IMG/VR virus record: IMGVR_UViG_3300033148_005363 | Coordinates: 22,605-86,604 of that record | Reading direction: 5' to 3' (one strand) | Origin: a virus | Length of the DNA stretch: 64,000 bases | Part shown: positions 48,190-57,536 of the stretch, one piece after another | How the letters are laid out: each line of letters starts with the position of its first letter | Numbering within the stretch: position 1 is the first letter of the stretch | The notes under the pieces: generated by a model | What the model was told of the DNA's origin: nothing | Databases searched by the model: none | What the model saw: only the letters and a program-made list of their open reading frames with translations | Program-made: the position numbers and the translations under genes

Positions 48190-48506
48190 GCGGGTCCTCC
48201 TCGGTTGCAGGCATTGTATCGGGGCTGAATGGGAGGGGCAAGGAGCAGGGGACGCCCCAGGGCACAAGAGGCAAGCGAGTTCCAAACCACAAGGAGGCTC
48301 GAGTTCTGAGCCCCGGGGTTCCCCCGTTGAGTCGAATGTGCCAGGGCGAGGGAGGCGATGCAAGCACTTCTCAAGAGGCTGGACAAAGAGAAGCCCCGGC
48401 GGGGGGGGCACCCGGCCGGGGCAGGGGGTCAGTGGTCGGGGACCCCCGGGGTGAGTAGAAGACTACCACCAATCAGCGTTCCGTCAAGGAAACCGAACTG
48501 GAATTC

Positions 48507-48821
48507 TCACGCGTCGATGCAGTCAGCGCAGACGCCACCCATGAGTTCGTCCCGCGGGAAGACCAGCCCGCAGTCGTTGCAGACCCCGTGGAGTTCCCAG
48601 ACCGCACGAGCGGCCGCAGCCACGGCGTTGCAGCCCGGCGCCGTCGCCCCCGCCAAGACGCTGGCTGTCTCGATCGGCAACTCGGGGCACGCCTGATAAG
48701 CCAACGTGAGCGCCTCTACGAGCGTTTGAGCGCGGACCTGGACAACGAGGTCCACCGATAGCACGTCGGGGTGATCGGGCTCCCTGAGCGGTCCTGTGAC
48801 TCTGTAGATCTCTCTTCCCAT
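48507..48821 (-). CDS. hypothetical protein
   Basis: SD GGGAG; CNDC...CADC. Confidence 0.55.
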   Translation of the reverse strand: MGREIYRVTGPLREPDHPDVLSVDLVVQVRAQTLVEALTLAYQACPELPIETASVLAGATAPGCNAVAAAARAVWELHGVCNDCGLVFPRDELMGGVCADCIDA

Positions 48822-48832
48822 CTTGTTCTCCC

Positions 48833-49102
48833 CTACCGTCTCGGGTCGTTGAGGTCGTGGTCAGGGTCAACCGGCTTGCGGACGGTGAACTTCCACAACG
48901 TGTGCGGCCCCTGGATCGTGAGGGTAGTCCCGTCGCGCTTGAGGCTCTTGACGTGCCACGTGAGCGGCGAACTGCCGACCGCCGGTGTCAGCGTTGCCCA
49001 GTCCGCGCCCTGCATGCGGTAGAGATCCAGCGTTGCCCGCTCGCCTTTGAGGTCGTACTTGCCGCACTCCAGGATATCGACTTCAACAACGATCGGGGTC
49101 AT
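48833..49102 (-). CDS. hypothetical protein
   Basis: SD GGGAGG. Confidence 0.6.
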   Translation of the reverse strand: MTPIVVEVDILECGKYDLKGERATLDLYRMQGADWATLTPAVGSSPLTWHVKSLKRDGTTLTIQGPHTLWKFTVRKPVDPDHDLNDPRR

Positions 49103-49207
49103 GGCGTCCTCCCTTGCTGTTTCGTTTGCAGGCCCATATCTGCGCGATGATGGTGCCCAACAGAAAGGCCACCGCCCACGCTACGCCTGTCCAGTAGTCA
49201 GTCATGG

Positions 49208-49438
49208 CTACACCCCCCCGCAGTCGACCCAGCGCGAGCCGGGCCGGTTGCTCTTCGTCGCGATCTTGACGATCTCCCCGCTGTCGTAGCGGATCCCCAC
49301 GGCCAACACGTCGTCAGCAAAACCACCGACGCCAAACTCGCGCGTTGCGTAGCGCTTGGCGTCGGTGATCGTGTCGGCCTTGGCGTCTTCCCAGTATAGA
49401 GCACTCGTTGACGTAATCATCAGTATTGATGGGTTCAT
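49208..49438 (-). CDS. small protein, AcrIF9-like candidate (paralog of 62128-62355)
   Basis: ADTITDAKRYATRE...VLAVG...GEIVKIATK...RWVDC. Confidence 0.55.
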   Translation of the reverse strand: MNPSILMITSTSALYWEDAKADTITDAKRYATREFGVGGFADDVLAVGIRYDSGEIVKIATKSNRPGSRWVDCGGV

Positions 49439-49439
49439 T

Positions 49440-49670
49440 TCAGCCCTCCCCGTCGTCATTGATGAACCGAGCCGCTTCAGCCAGCAGCTCGTTGAGCGCC
49501 TGGATATCGCCCACGTCCCCCCAATCGGGCTGGCGGTCGTACATGCCCGCTGGCGTGATCACCGTCTTGACGATGTGGGCACCGAGCCCCTCAGTGATCC
49601 GCTTCAGGTGCTGACGGGCCTGCTCGGTATTCTCGTTGTAGGCTCGGGCCGCTGTGCGCTTGGTGGTCAT
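49440..49670 (-). CDS. hypothetical early protein
   Basis: ATGA coupling; PDWGDVGDI motif. Confidence 0.65.
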   Translation of the reverse strand: MTTKRTAARAYNENTEQARQHLKRITEGLGAHIVKTVITPAGMYDRQPDWGDVGDIQALNELLAEAARFINDDGEG

Positions 49671-49834
49671 TGGCTGTCTCCCAGCGCCTCATTGACCGCC
49701 GTCCTCCACTCCTCATGCGTCAGGCCCCATTCCTGGCAGTCGCCGTCGTCGGGGCCGTCTGCGAGGGCGTCCCTGAGTTCCTGCGCCGTGTTCATGTCCA
49801 TGCACGCTTCTGCGAATTCCGTTGTTTTGCTCAT
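49667..49834 (-). CDS. small acidic protein (MSKTTEFAEAC...DCQEWGLTHEEWRTAV...)
   Basis: 55 aa, below the ORF-track cutoff; SD GAGGA; coupled to the next gene. Confidence 0.6.
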   Translation of the reverse strand: MSKTTEFAEACMDMNTAQELRDALADGPDDGDCQEWGLTHEEWRTAVNEALGDSQ

Positions 49835-49849
49835 ATCGTCCTCTCCTGG

Positions 49850-49993
49850 TCAGCCGTACATTTCCTCGTCATCGTCGCAGTCGTAGAGCCTCCGGTTGCG
49901 TCGCTCCGACTCTGCCACCGCCGCCTCGAATTTGCGGTCCTGCTCGTTGATGATTTTGTCGTCTTTCGTCCAGGTCTCGTCATAGTTCTTCAT
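49850..49993 (-). CDS. small acidic protein (first gene after promoter repeat copy 2)
   Basis: Start codon lies inside the repeat; DDDEEM C-terminus. Confidence 0.55.
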   Translation of the reverse strand: MKNYDETWTKDDKIINEQDRKFEAAVAESERRNRRLYDCDDDEEMYG

Positions 49994-50119
49994 CCCGTCC
50001 CCCCGGTTGGTCTTGCTGGTTTGTGTTTCCCTCTTCATGCCCACATAATACCGCGTGGGCAGGGGGAGTCAATAGTTATTTTCGACGATACGTCGATTTA
50101 TTTATTCGGGGAGGGGAGC
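49991..50119 (-). repeat. 129-bp promoter/operator/leader repeat, copy 2
   Basis: TTGACT-16-TATTAT; perfect TCGACG-ATA-CGTCGA at 50082-50096. Confidence 0.9.
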
Positions 50120-50862
50120 GGGGGTCCGGTGGTCGGGGTGGCCTCAGCCTCCCGCGCTGGCTGCTTGGCCAGCCACGCCTTGAATTCGCGGTCATGGCGA
50201 TCGAAGTCGATCCGCAGCCGACGCTCTGCCTCCTGCGCGTCCTTGGTCAGATACCGCTTCGCTGCCACCCCGAACACCCGCGATTGCAGGAGGGTCCAGA
50301 GGACGCGGACCACGCGGATGCAGTCGGCAGACCCCTTCACGGGAGCACCGTCACCCGCTACGTCCGGGATGTCTGAGCAGTCGATCCCCAGCCGTTCGCA
50401 GATCGCAGGCAGTTTGTGCCGCCCGCTACCACGCCAGTACCGCCCGATGTCGTCGTGCTTCACCAGGGGCCAGGTATCGAGGATCGGGCGCATGGCCACG
50501 AGCCGCTGCCACCCCTCCCCCAGCTCCCGGTCCAGGATAGGCACGTCGAAGCCGTAGACGTTCTGACCCACGAGGATGTCCGCACCCTCAAGGAACGAGA
50601 TGAACCGCGGCGCTACCTCCACAAGGGGCGGCTTGCCGCGTACCATCTCATCAGTGATCCCGTTGTGTGCGGACGCCTCTTCCTCGATCGGGATCCCGGG
50701 GTCCACCAACATCGAGGCGCGGTAGAGGACCTCCCCGCGCCGGAACTTCACCGCGGCGATCTGGCAGATCCGAGACTTCTCCAGGTCAAGCCCCGTAGTC
50801 TCCAGATCGAAGGCGCACCACGTCTCATCCCACCAGGGGGATCCGTCGAAGAGGTCAGCCAT
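50098..50862 (-). CDS. DEDD 3'-5' exonuclease (DNA Pol III epsilon-like)
   Basis: FDLETTG, HNGITDEMV, VGQNVYGFD, LDT motifs. Confidence 0.88.
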   Translation of the reverse strand: MADLFDGSPWWDETWCAFDLETTGLDLEKSRICQIAAVKFRRGEVLYRASMLVDPGIPIEEEASAHNGITDEMVRGKPPLVEVAPRFISFLEGADILVGQNVYGFDVPILDRELGEGWQRLVAMRPILDTWPLVKHDDIGRYWRGSGRHKLPAICERLGIDCSDIPDVAGDGAPVKGSADCIRVVRVLWTLLQSRVFGVAAKRYLTKDAQEAERRLRIDFDRHDREFKAWLAKQPAREAEATPTTGPPLPSPNK

Positions 50863-51184
50863 CGCTGGCCTCCCCCCGCGCTGGCCGGCGGAACTTCACC
50901 CCCGCGTCCGTCGGCTCGTAGTAGCAGAGCAGCTCCACCCCCATGAACACCGAGAACGTATCCCGGTACTCCTTGGCCAGCGCCCGGGCCATGGCCTTCG
51001 CCCTCGGGATCGGGGTGGGCTTCGTCGTCGCCTGCTGATCGGGGGCTCGCACCGTGCCGTGGAAGACGTGCCCCCTGGGCTTCGCTATGCTGGTTCGCTT
51101 GACGGGCCTCTTCACGCGCCGCTTGCGGACCACGGGGGTCCCTGCACGGACAGGCTGCGGAGTATCTCGTTGTCGTTCATCCAT
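50855..51184 (-). CDS. basic hypothetical protein
   Basis: SD GAGGAG. Confidence 0.55.
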   Translation of the reverse strand: MDERQRDTPQPVRAGTPVVRKRRVKRPVKRTSIAKPRGHVFHGTVRAPDQQATTKPTPIPRAKAMARALAKEYRDTFSVFMGVELLCYYEPTDAGVKFRRPARGEASDG

Positions 51185-51201
51185 CGTCGTCTCCTCTTCA
51201 G

Positions 51202-51642
51202 TTAGAACGGGTTGTCTCCGCCGTTGTTGGCGCTGTCGTCGTCGTCTTTCTTCGCCGCGTGCCCCGTGGCCGCGTTGCCTGACAGGAGGTCCTTGGACGC
51301 CGGTGCCGGCTTGGGCTTCGGTTTGGGTGCGACCTTGGCCGCGGGCTTCGGCTCAGGGGCCTTGGCGGTCTCCGGCTCGGGCTCCGGCTCGGGATCGTCC
51401 TCCCCGTTGCCGTCCCCCCCGATGGACTCCACAGTCGCAGTGTTGGTCATCGCGCTGGTGACCGTCACGCGGGCCATGTCCCGGGTGACCACGTACGCGA
51501 AGCCCTGGATCTCCGGCTGATCCCGCGCCCACCGCACAGCGTCCTGGGTGTTGCCTCCCAGGTCCGGGTGTTCCACCGGCACGCGGATCTTGCTCGTCTT
51601 GTGCTCCAACATCACCACCAACTTTCCGTAATTCTTGGCCAC
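51202..51642 (-). CDS. hypothetical protein with PE/PK-rich tail ending in NPF
   Basis: SD AAGGAGG; SSB-like acidic tail. Confidence 0.6.
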   Translation of the reverse strand: MAKNYGKLVVMLEHKTSKIRVPVEHPDLGGNTQDAVRWARDQPEIQGFAYVVTRDMARVTVTSAMTNTATVESIGGDGNGEDDPEPEPEPETAKAPEPKPAAKVAPKPKPKPAPASKDLLSGNAATGHAAKKDDDDSANNGGDNPF

Positions 51643-51662
51643 CTTTGCACCTCCTTGGTTGC

Positions 51663-52625
51663 TTATTCGGCCATCAATACAGCGAAATCCTCCGGGACCT
51701 CGCGGATACGCTCACCGTCAAGGGTGCCATTCACGTCGCCAGCGGGGGCCTTCCCCCGTCCCCACTGCTTGAACCACATTGGGACGCCAGCCGCCTTGCA
51801 GACGTCCCGGATGCTACGCACCCAGCCGGGTTCAATGGGCCGCAGGCTCCCCGTCTCGCCTCCCACCAGCACCCAATCAATGGACGGGGCCTGCCGAAAT
51901 TCGCTGTCCCCTGGGCGCCCAACCGTCCTGACACCGCGGACGGCGATCTTCGGGAACAACGCGTGGGCCAGGATCACCGGCTCGATCTCCCTGAGCAGGG
52001 GCTCCAGTGACAGGACGCGGTGTGCCACCTCAGTATCATTCAGGAACCGCGCCCGTTCGTTGAGGGTCGCCGCGTTCTCCGCCGATGTCCCGAGCCAGAG
52101 GTTCGGGAGCGGGAACGATATCCGGCGCATCAGGCCGCCGCAGCCGTGCGAGCAAGGCTGCTCATCGCTGAGCCCCGCCGACCACGAGTCGAGCCCGCCG
52201 CAGTCCCGGCAGATCCCCAGGACATCGCCGTGCTGATCCCGCATCTCCCGCTCCTGATCCACCAACGCGTTCAGGAAGTCCCGCGCCCGCTGGATCCGCT
52301 TCGTGAGGACAATGAACGTATGCTGCGGGCAAACAGCGATCACCGCAAGGACCCGGCGAAGCACCGCATCAGGCACGTCCACGTGGAAAGGGTCCCCCAT
52401 GCTCGGCGCGAAGTACACCGTGGGCTTCTTGCGTTCGAGCGGCGCGGCGATCTTCGCTTCCTCGATCACCACAGAGAACTGATCGGGCTTGGGCGGATAC
52501 CCTGCGCGGCCTTGCAACCGATGAGCCATCTTCTTGGCGAAACAGAATTTACAGCCGTCCGAGACCTGGGTGCAGCCGTGCATCCAATTCCAGCTCGTTT
52601 TCCACCACTCGCTACCGTTAGACAT
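51663..52625 (-). CDS. DUF5131 / phage Gp37-Gp68 radical SAM protein with Zn-ribbon insert
   Basis: GCTQVSDGCKFCFA, SMGDPFH, LTKR, NLWLGTS, SLEPLL, IDWVLVGGETG, FKQWG. Confidence 0.9.
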   Translation of the reverse strand: MSNGSEWWKTSWNWMHGCTQVSDGCKFCFAKKMAHRLQGRAGYPPKPDQFSVVIEEAKIAAPLERKKPTVYFAPSMGDPFHVDVPDAVLRRVLAVIAVCPQHTFIVLTKRIQRARDFLNALVDQEREMRDQHGDVLGICRDCGGLDSWSAGLSDEQPCSHGCGGLMRRISFPLPNLWLGTSAENAATLNERARFLNDTEVAHRVLSLEPLLREIEPVILAHALFPKIAVRGVRTVGRPGDSEFRQAPSIDWVLVGGETGSLRPIEPGWVRSIRDVCKAAGVPMWFKQWGRGKAPAGDVNGTLDGERIREVPEDFAVLMAE

Positions 52626-52986
52626 CGGGGTCCTCCTGTTGTTGTTTCGTGACTGCGAAACTAGACTCACAATGTCCGCAGATTGCTACACCGTCCTCTT
52701 CATCGTCCTCTGTGACAGCAACAGGTTTGCCGCAGTCAGGACACGCAACCGCCCTCCCCGACAAGGTGAGCCATCTCGCAATCGCACCTGGCTTGTAATC
52801 CGGGTTCACGCTCTCATAATACGCGTCCACTGCAGCCTTGATAATTGCGGAATCGCCACCGCTTAGGTGCCGTATTACGAAGACACACTCCTCCAGTGAC
52901 TCATATGCGTCCCCTAGGTGGTCAAGCAATCCGCACCCCGTGAACTGACCATCCGCCGTTGCAACGTGTAAATAACTTCCTGACAT
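52618..52986 (-). CDS. hypothetical Zn-ribbon protein
   Basis: CPDC...CGHC. Confidence 0.55.
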   Translation of the reverse strand: MSGSYLHVATADGQFTGCGLLDHLGDAYESLEECVFVIRHLSGGDSAIIKAAVDAYYESVNPDYKPGAIARWLTLSGRAVACPDCGKPVAVTEDDEEDGVAICGHCESSFAVTKQQQEDPDV

Positions 52987-53001
52987 CGTCTCCCCCTGTC
53001 G

Positions 53002-53325
53002 TCAATCCTCGTCCAGGTTCACAAGGCTCGTACGCCCCGCCTCCCGGTCGAGGGTCCTATCCACTTCCGCCTGTACCGTCGAGGCCACAATGAGCCCCAG
53101 CCACTGCGGGATCACCACGTCGCGCCCCTCCAGGTGCGCGGTCACCATCTCCAGTACGGCATTGCGTCGCTTCCCACGGGTCTCGTCATCGACGAACGCG
53201 CCCACCTCGTCGGCCTGGTACGCACCGGCCTTGTAGAGCGCTGTGTCCAACTGAGCGGAGAACGAGGTCACCCACGATCGAGCGCGGGCGCGGGCCACGT
53301 CTTCCACCGTGCGAGGGTCAGTCAT
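53002..53325 (-). CDS. hypothetical protein
   Basis: Coupled ORF in the early operon. Confidence 0.5.
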   Translation of the reverse strand: MTDPRTVEDVARARARSWVTSFSAQLDTALYKAGAYQADEVGAFVDDETRGKRRNAVLEMVTAHLEGRDVVIPQWLGLIVASTVQAEVDRTLDREAGRTSLVNLDED

Positions 53326-53590
53326 CGGACACGTCGCAACGCGGGACGGGCCACCTGAAACTGACGAAATCCCACTCTTTCGCTTGAAGCGCGGCCAGTC
53401 GGGCACGCTCAGCCTTGACCACCCGCTTCGCCGCCGCCATGGCCTCGGGGGTACTGGCGACCATCTCGAACATGATCTCCAGCGCCTCCATCATGGACAT
53501 TCCCTCAGCGGTTTTCCGAGTCCACCCGAAGCGATCAATGCATTCTTGGGGCGGGGGCCACGGGAGCCCGCTGGGACCGGGGACTTTCAT
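53318..53590 (-). CDS. hypothetical protein
   Basis: ATGA coupling. Confidence 0.45.
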   Translation of the reverse strand: MKVPGPSGLPWPPPQECIDRFGWTRKTAEGMSMMEALEIMFEMVASTPEAMAAAKRVVKAERARLAALQAKEWDFVSFRWPVPRCDVSDD

Positions 53591-53798
53591 GGTTCCACCC
53601 GCACGCAGCGGACCTTGATCCGTGGGCCAGGCCATGGGCCAGTCCTGGGCATGGCGTCCCAGCACTTCCGCCACTCAGAGCAGAACTCAGGCCCGCCCTG
53701 CCAACGGTTCCCGAACTCCTCCCGCTCGTGGGGCTCCGCGTGGTGGCAGGTCTTGCATTGCTCTAGATCTCCAGCTCGTTTGCATTGGACGAGGTCAG

Positions 53799-54035
53799 TC
53801 ATCGTGGTCTCCACGTCGTCGGCTCATGCCCGAGAAACTCCACCAACTCGTCCCATCCGAACCCGCCGCGCTCTGCGATCCGGGATGCAGATTGTCCGCA
53901 GTGCCACTTTTCGTCGTATGCTCTCCACGCGTCCTCGTGCTCCCACCAGTCGATGAGACCTGGCGAACGATAGTCTGGAGAATGCGGCGGAACCCCCTGG
54001 TCTCCCTGGACTGGCGCAGTACGCTCGGGCATCAC
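53799..54035 (-). CDS. hypothetical phage protein
   Basis: AWRAY...GQSASRIAERGGFG motif seen in phage small proteins. Confidence 0.6.
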   Translation of the reverse strand: MMPERTAPVQGDQGVPPHSPDYRSPGLIDWWEHEDAWRAYDEKWHCGQSASRIAERGGFGWDELVEFLGHEPTTWRPR

Positions 54036-54406
54036 TCCACCTCGCAGCCCTCAAGCCGCTCCTCACAAACCGCCCATCTCCAGTTGTCCCGGTAGTCGTC
54101 AGCGCTGTACCTCCCCGGCCTGAACGACGCCGCGCCCACGCATGCCGTAAGCACAGCGGTCATGTCGTCGAAAAGCGCCTGCGCCTTGGCCCTGGTGCCC
54201 TTGGGCCAATGTTTCTCGCCGTCGTCATCTTCCAGTTGCTCCCACCCGAGGATTTTGGCCACGTCCCGCCATGCTCCATCCGAGTTGCCAAGCGGGCGTT
54301 TGCTGTCCACTGTCGGGACCGGATCATATAAGGCGTCCTCGTCCAACATGAAGTTCAACCGCCGCAGAATCTTGAGGTGCTCCTCTGTGACCACTACCGT
54401 TCTCAT
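54032..54406 (-). CDS. hypothetical phage protein
   Basis: TEEHLKILR...VDSKRPLGNSD...DVAKILG motif. Confidence 0.65.
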   Translation of the reverse strand: MRTVVVTEEHLKILRRLNFMLDEDALYDPVPTVDSKRPLGNSDGAWRDVAKILGWEQLEDDDGEKHWPKGTRAKAQALFDDMTAVLTACVGAASFRPGRYSADDYRDNWRWAVCEERLEGCEVE

Positions 54407-54984
54407 CACTCCCCCTCCTTGCAATCATCAAGAGCAGCCTCACAGGCCAACGCTCCTAAATCAATGCGCCACCGCTGTTTTGATGTCGGCTCTAGTTTGC
54501 CCGACTTCCTCCCCCCTCGCGAATTCCACCCGCCCGCGGGGGAGGACACTTTGCCGTCTTTTCGCATGCCTGCCTTGCGGTATATTGTGCCGCTGTGGAG
54601 AGTGCGGTCATGCTTCGCAATGCCCGTCACTGCCCCGCGTCTCGCAGCTTCCGCCCACCCGGCCCGGAGCACCGCGGACGCAGTGCCGTACGGCAGGCCG
54701 TCGTCGAGCACGAGCCGCGTGTTTTCTACCACCGCGCCGCCCTGGGGGAGTTTGCGGCAAACGGGACGCCCGAATAGCCCTGCGCCAACGGGCTCCAACG
54801 GGGCCGCACCGAAAAGACCGGCACCCATCCTGCGAACCACCACGGCGAAGAACGCACCCGGGGGTGGGTTGTCGAGGTAGTGCCCCGACTGCGCCATGTA
54901 CCCGCGAACGTCCTTTGCATACGGCTCCACGCGGATTTCAATCGGCATGTCTCCGAATCTGGCAGTGGGTGCAGGGTGCATCAT
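54406..54984 (-). CDS. Mom-like / XF1762-like GNAT-fold DNA modification protein
   Basis: HYL, FGRPVCRKL, VENTRLVL, SGTIYRKAG, KQRW motifs. Confidence 0.7.
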   Translation of the reverse strand: MMHPAPTARFGDMPIEIRVEPYAKDVRGYMAQSGHYLDNPPPGAFFAVVVRRMGAGLFGAAPLEPVGAGLFGRPVCRKLPQGGAVVENTRLVLDDGLPYGTASAVLRAGWAEAARRGAVTGIAKHDRTLHSGTIYRKAGMRKDGKVSSPAGGWNSRGGRKSGKLEPTSKQRWRIDLGALACEAALDDCKEGE

Positions 54985-55262
54985 TTTGCCTCTTCGTAAG
55001 CATCCAGTTGTTCCTCGCAGGCCGCCCACTTCGTCGTCCACCAGGCTAGCGCCTCGACGCTCATCACGACGCAACCGCCCGTCGTCAACCGCTGGCACTC
55101 CTCCAGGGGGTCAGGCTGGCCCGGCGCGTCCGTCCAGAGCTGGACGCTTACGGGGTCCTGGATGTGGATCGGGGTTGAGCAGGAGAGCAGACCAACCAGC
55201 AACGCCACAACCATCATTCCCGTCCCCAGTCCTGCCAGGAATCCGTATCGGTACTCGCTCAT
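54981..55262 (-). CDS. small lipoprotein
   Basis: VALLVGLLS|C lipobox. Confidence 0.55.
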   Translation of the reverse strand: MSEYRYGFLAGLGTGMMVVALLVGLLSCSTPIHIQDPVSVQLWTDAPGQPDPLEECQRLTTGGCVVMSVEALAWWTTKWAACEEQLDAYEEAK

Positions 55263-55263
55263 C

Positions 55264-55548
55264 TCAGAACTCCGATGATGCAAAGAGAAGAGGGAACTCG
55301 ACCCCGCTCTTGACCAACGCATCCAATTCGTCCCTGAACGACCGCGGATACGGGGGCTCCTCGACGCCCTCGCCCACGTGGATCATGCGCTCCATGGCCG
55401 CGGCTGTCAGTTCTGCGGGCTCGTTCTCTACCTCGCTGGGATCCATGCCGCAATCCACGATGCAGTAGTGACGGTACCATTTTTGAGCCTCGCTCGCTGT
55501 CCCCGCTGCAACGTACTCCGTCACCTCGTTCATCCTGTAAACCTTCAC
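55264..55548 (-). CDS. hypothetical phage protein
   Basis: MKVYRMNE..YVAA...LFASSEF. Confidence 0.65.
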   Translation of the reverse strand: MKVYRMNEVTEYVAAGTASEAQKWYRHYCIVDCGMDPSEVENEPAELTAAAMERMIHVGEGVEEPPYPRSFRDELDALVKSGVEFPLLFASSEF

Positions 55549-56012
55549 CTCGGCCCCTCCTCGTAGTCTGACAGCGCGGAAGCGGGGACGAACTCGACGA
55601 CGGTGCCGCCGTGCTTCTTGGCGATCAGGGCAGCGTGGGCCTGGACACCAGTCACGCAGCGGGATCCAATCAGCGTAGGAATGAAGACTCCGGCGTCAAA
55701 AGCGTACCATCTCGCTCTGTCGTCATGTTTTTTCTTCACCGCGTACAGCCTTGTCTCCTCACCTCCAGCCAAAAGAGCGCCGAACTCCAGAGCGTCTTCT
55801 TTGGTCCAGAACAGCCCTCTCCGGACGGTATCTCCCTCCAGCGTCCCGTCGCCCATTACAGCCACACAGTAGCCGTCTGGTCCGACAGCACTGGTCTCCT
55901 GTCCCGTGGCCCTGCTGACGTAGATCTCACCTGCGCAAGGCCAATCGCTCTTGGCGATCTCGTTCCATGGCGTGTCGTAGATTCTCACTCTCCACCTCCA
56001 ATCAAAATCCAA
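55545..56012 (-). CDS. hypothetical protein
   Basis: Coupled ORF. Confidence 0.45.
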   Translation of the reverse strand: MDFDWRWRVRIYDTPWNEIAKSDWPCAGEIYVSRATGQETSAVGPDGYCVAVMGDGTLEGDTVRRGLFWTKEDALEFGALLAGGEETRLYAVKKKHDDRARWYAFDAGVFIPTLIGSRCVTGVQAHAALIAKKHGGTVVEFVPASALSDYEEGPR

Positions 56013-56024
56013 TCAAAAAACCAA

Positions 56025-56267
56025 TCAGCACCAGTCCACCGTGGCCCTCGGGAAGAGGAGCTTGTACAGCGGCTCAATGTCCGCCCACCCGTGCGCCTCT
56101 TCGACCCCGATCCTGTCCTCGTCCTCTCCGAACGGGTCATCTTCGGCCCCTGGCTCCCTGATGCAGAATGACGTCCAGTCGTTATCCAAGACGATGACGA
56201 GTTTCTCTTCGTCGATCTCGCCTGACTTTACTTTTTCGTACAGCTCTTTGAGCGTGTTCAGCTTCAC
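56025..56267 (-). CDS. acidic hypothetical protein
   Basis: SD GAGGAGG; VLDND motif. Confidence 0.6.
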   Translation of the reverse strand: MKLNTLKELYEKVKSGEIDEEKLVIVLDNDWTSFCIREPGAEDDPFGEDEDRIGVEEAHGWADIEPLYKLLFPRATVDWC

Positions 56268-56297
56268 TTCCCAACCTCCTCAATCAAAAAGCCCGCC

Positions 56298-56947
56298 TCA
56301 GCCAACATCGGTTCGCTCAAATAGCGGGACGCCAGAGCGACGAAACTGCTCCAGTATGTGCCATGATTTGTTTCGCACGAAACTCGTCGAGTCAACGCTA
56401 TCTGCTCCCCACTTCTCAGCAAGGCGCAGTCTGTCGAGCGTGCCGCACCGTCCTATGTGCGCTTTCATGCCGACGCCGTGTGCATACTTGATCCACTCCT
56501 CCGCGGTGCTCCACTTCCAGTCTTCGGTGCCTCCGATAAAGAGATGCGAAAACCGGCGAGGAGCCCGCGTGTTGGATATGTCCCTCGGAGTCATTCCGTC
56601 CTGCACAGCCAGCGCCAGGTTTTGTGCGGTGAGTAGTTCGCCAAACGCCCACGAAAGCGAGAAGTCTAGGGACTGCTTGCCCCTTGTCACAATGTCCGGG
56701 GCAACTATGAAATCAAGCGAGAGGCCGACTGCGTATGCTTTGGCTATCGTGGCCATGAACACGTCAGCCATAAACGGAAACCGCGTTGCCAACACTGGAA
56801 CGCTCCGTTGTCGAGGGCGCAGGAAAACTGCTTATGCGTCTTATCTGGGCCGAACTGCGACGAGGACGACGCCAACATGATCCCGAGATCGTACTTGCGG
56901 TACATCTCCAAATCCTTGCCGTAGGCGTTGCCTGAGTAAATCTTCAT
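56298..56947 (-). pseudogene. TGT/DpdA-like (7-deazaguanine DNA transglycosylase-like) gene with a 1-nt frameshift near 56778
   Basis: ALDNGAF in one frame; PDIV, AVQDG, LFIGG, HIGR, DSVDST in the other. Confidence 0.65.
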
Positions 56948-57168
56948 CTCCCGGCCTCCTCAAGAGCAACCCCGCTCTCAGCCAACATCACCCGAACCTC
57001 CACCGTCGACATCCCGCCCCGAGCCGCAGCCCGCGCGAACCTCGCAGCCGCCGCATTCGCCTCAGCCCTGGCCCGCTTGCGACGGTGATGCCTGACCGCT
57101 ACCAGGATCCGGGCGGTCACGTCTACCGCGGTGGAGAGGAGGGCTAGGGCTGTTGCTGCGGTTGTCAT
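56944..57168 (-). CDS. hypothetical protein
   Basis: ATGA coupling at both ends. Confidence 0.5.
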   Translation of the reverse strand: MTTAATALALLSTAVDVTARILVAVRHHRRKRARAEANAAAARFARAAARGGMSTVEVRVMLAESGVALEEAGR

Positions 57169-57356
57169 GGGCGTTTCTCGACGTCGGGCACATCCATCGC
57201 CGCACGTAGACTCGCCTGCTCAGCCTTGATTCTCGTTGTCTCATGTTCATTGAGCAACCGCAACACCGCGTCAAGGGTCAGACTTTCGCCGCTCAGATGG
57301 TCGTAGAAGTACGCCCCGAATTTGCCGATGTATATCTCGTATCTTGGATCGTTCAC
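57165..57356 (-). CDS. hypothetical protein
   Basis: GKFGAYFYD motif; coupled ORF. Confidence 0.55.
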   Translation of the reverse strand: MNDPRYEIYIGKFGAYFYDHLSGESLTLDAVLRLLNEHETTRIKAEQASLRAAMDVPDVEKRP

Positions 57357-57536
57357 TCCTCACCTCCCGATCCCGAGACTACGAAGACGCGCGACCAGCG
57401 CGACTGTTTCCCGAAGTCAATCTCCACCACGAGGGCGGGGTCAATCTCCCCCAGGTCGAGGCGGGGGCGGTTGTGGAGCCGCAGACAGCCCCAGTCGATA
57501 TCAAAGCGGACGCTAGGCCAGAGAGCGCAGAGGAGC

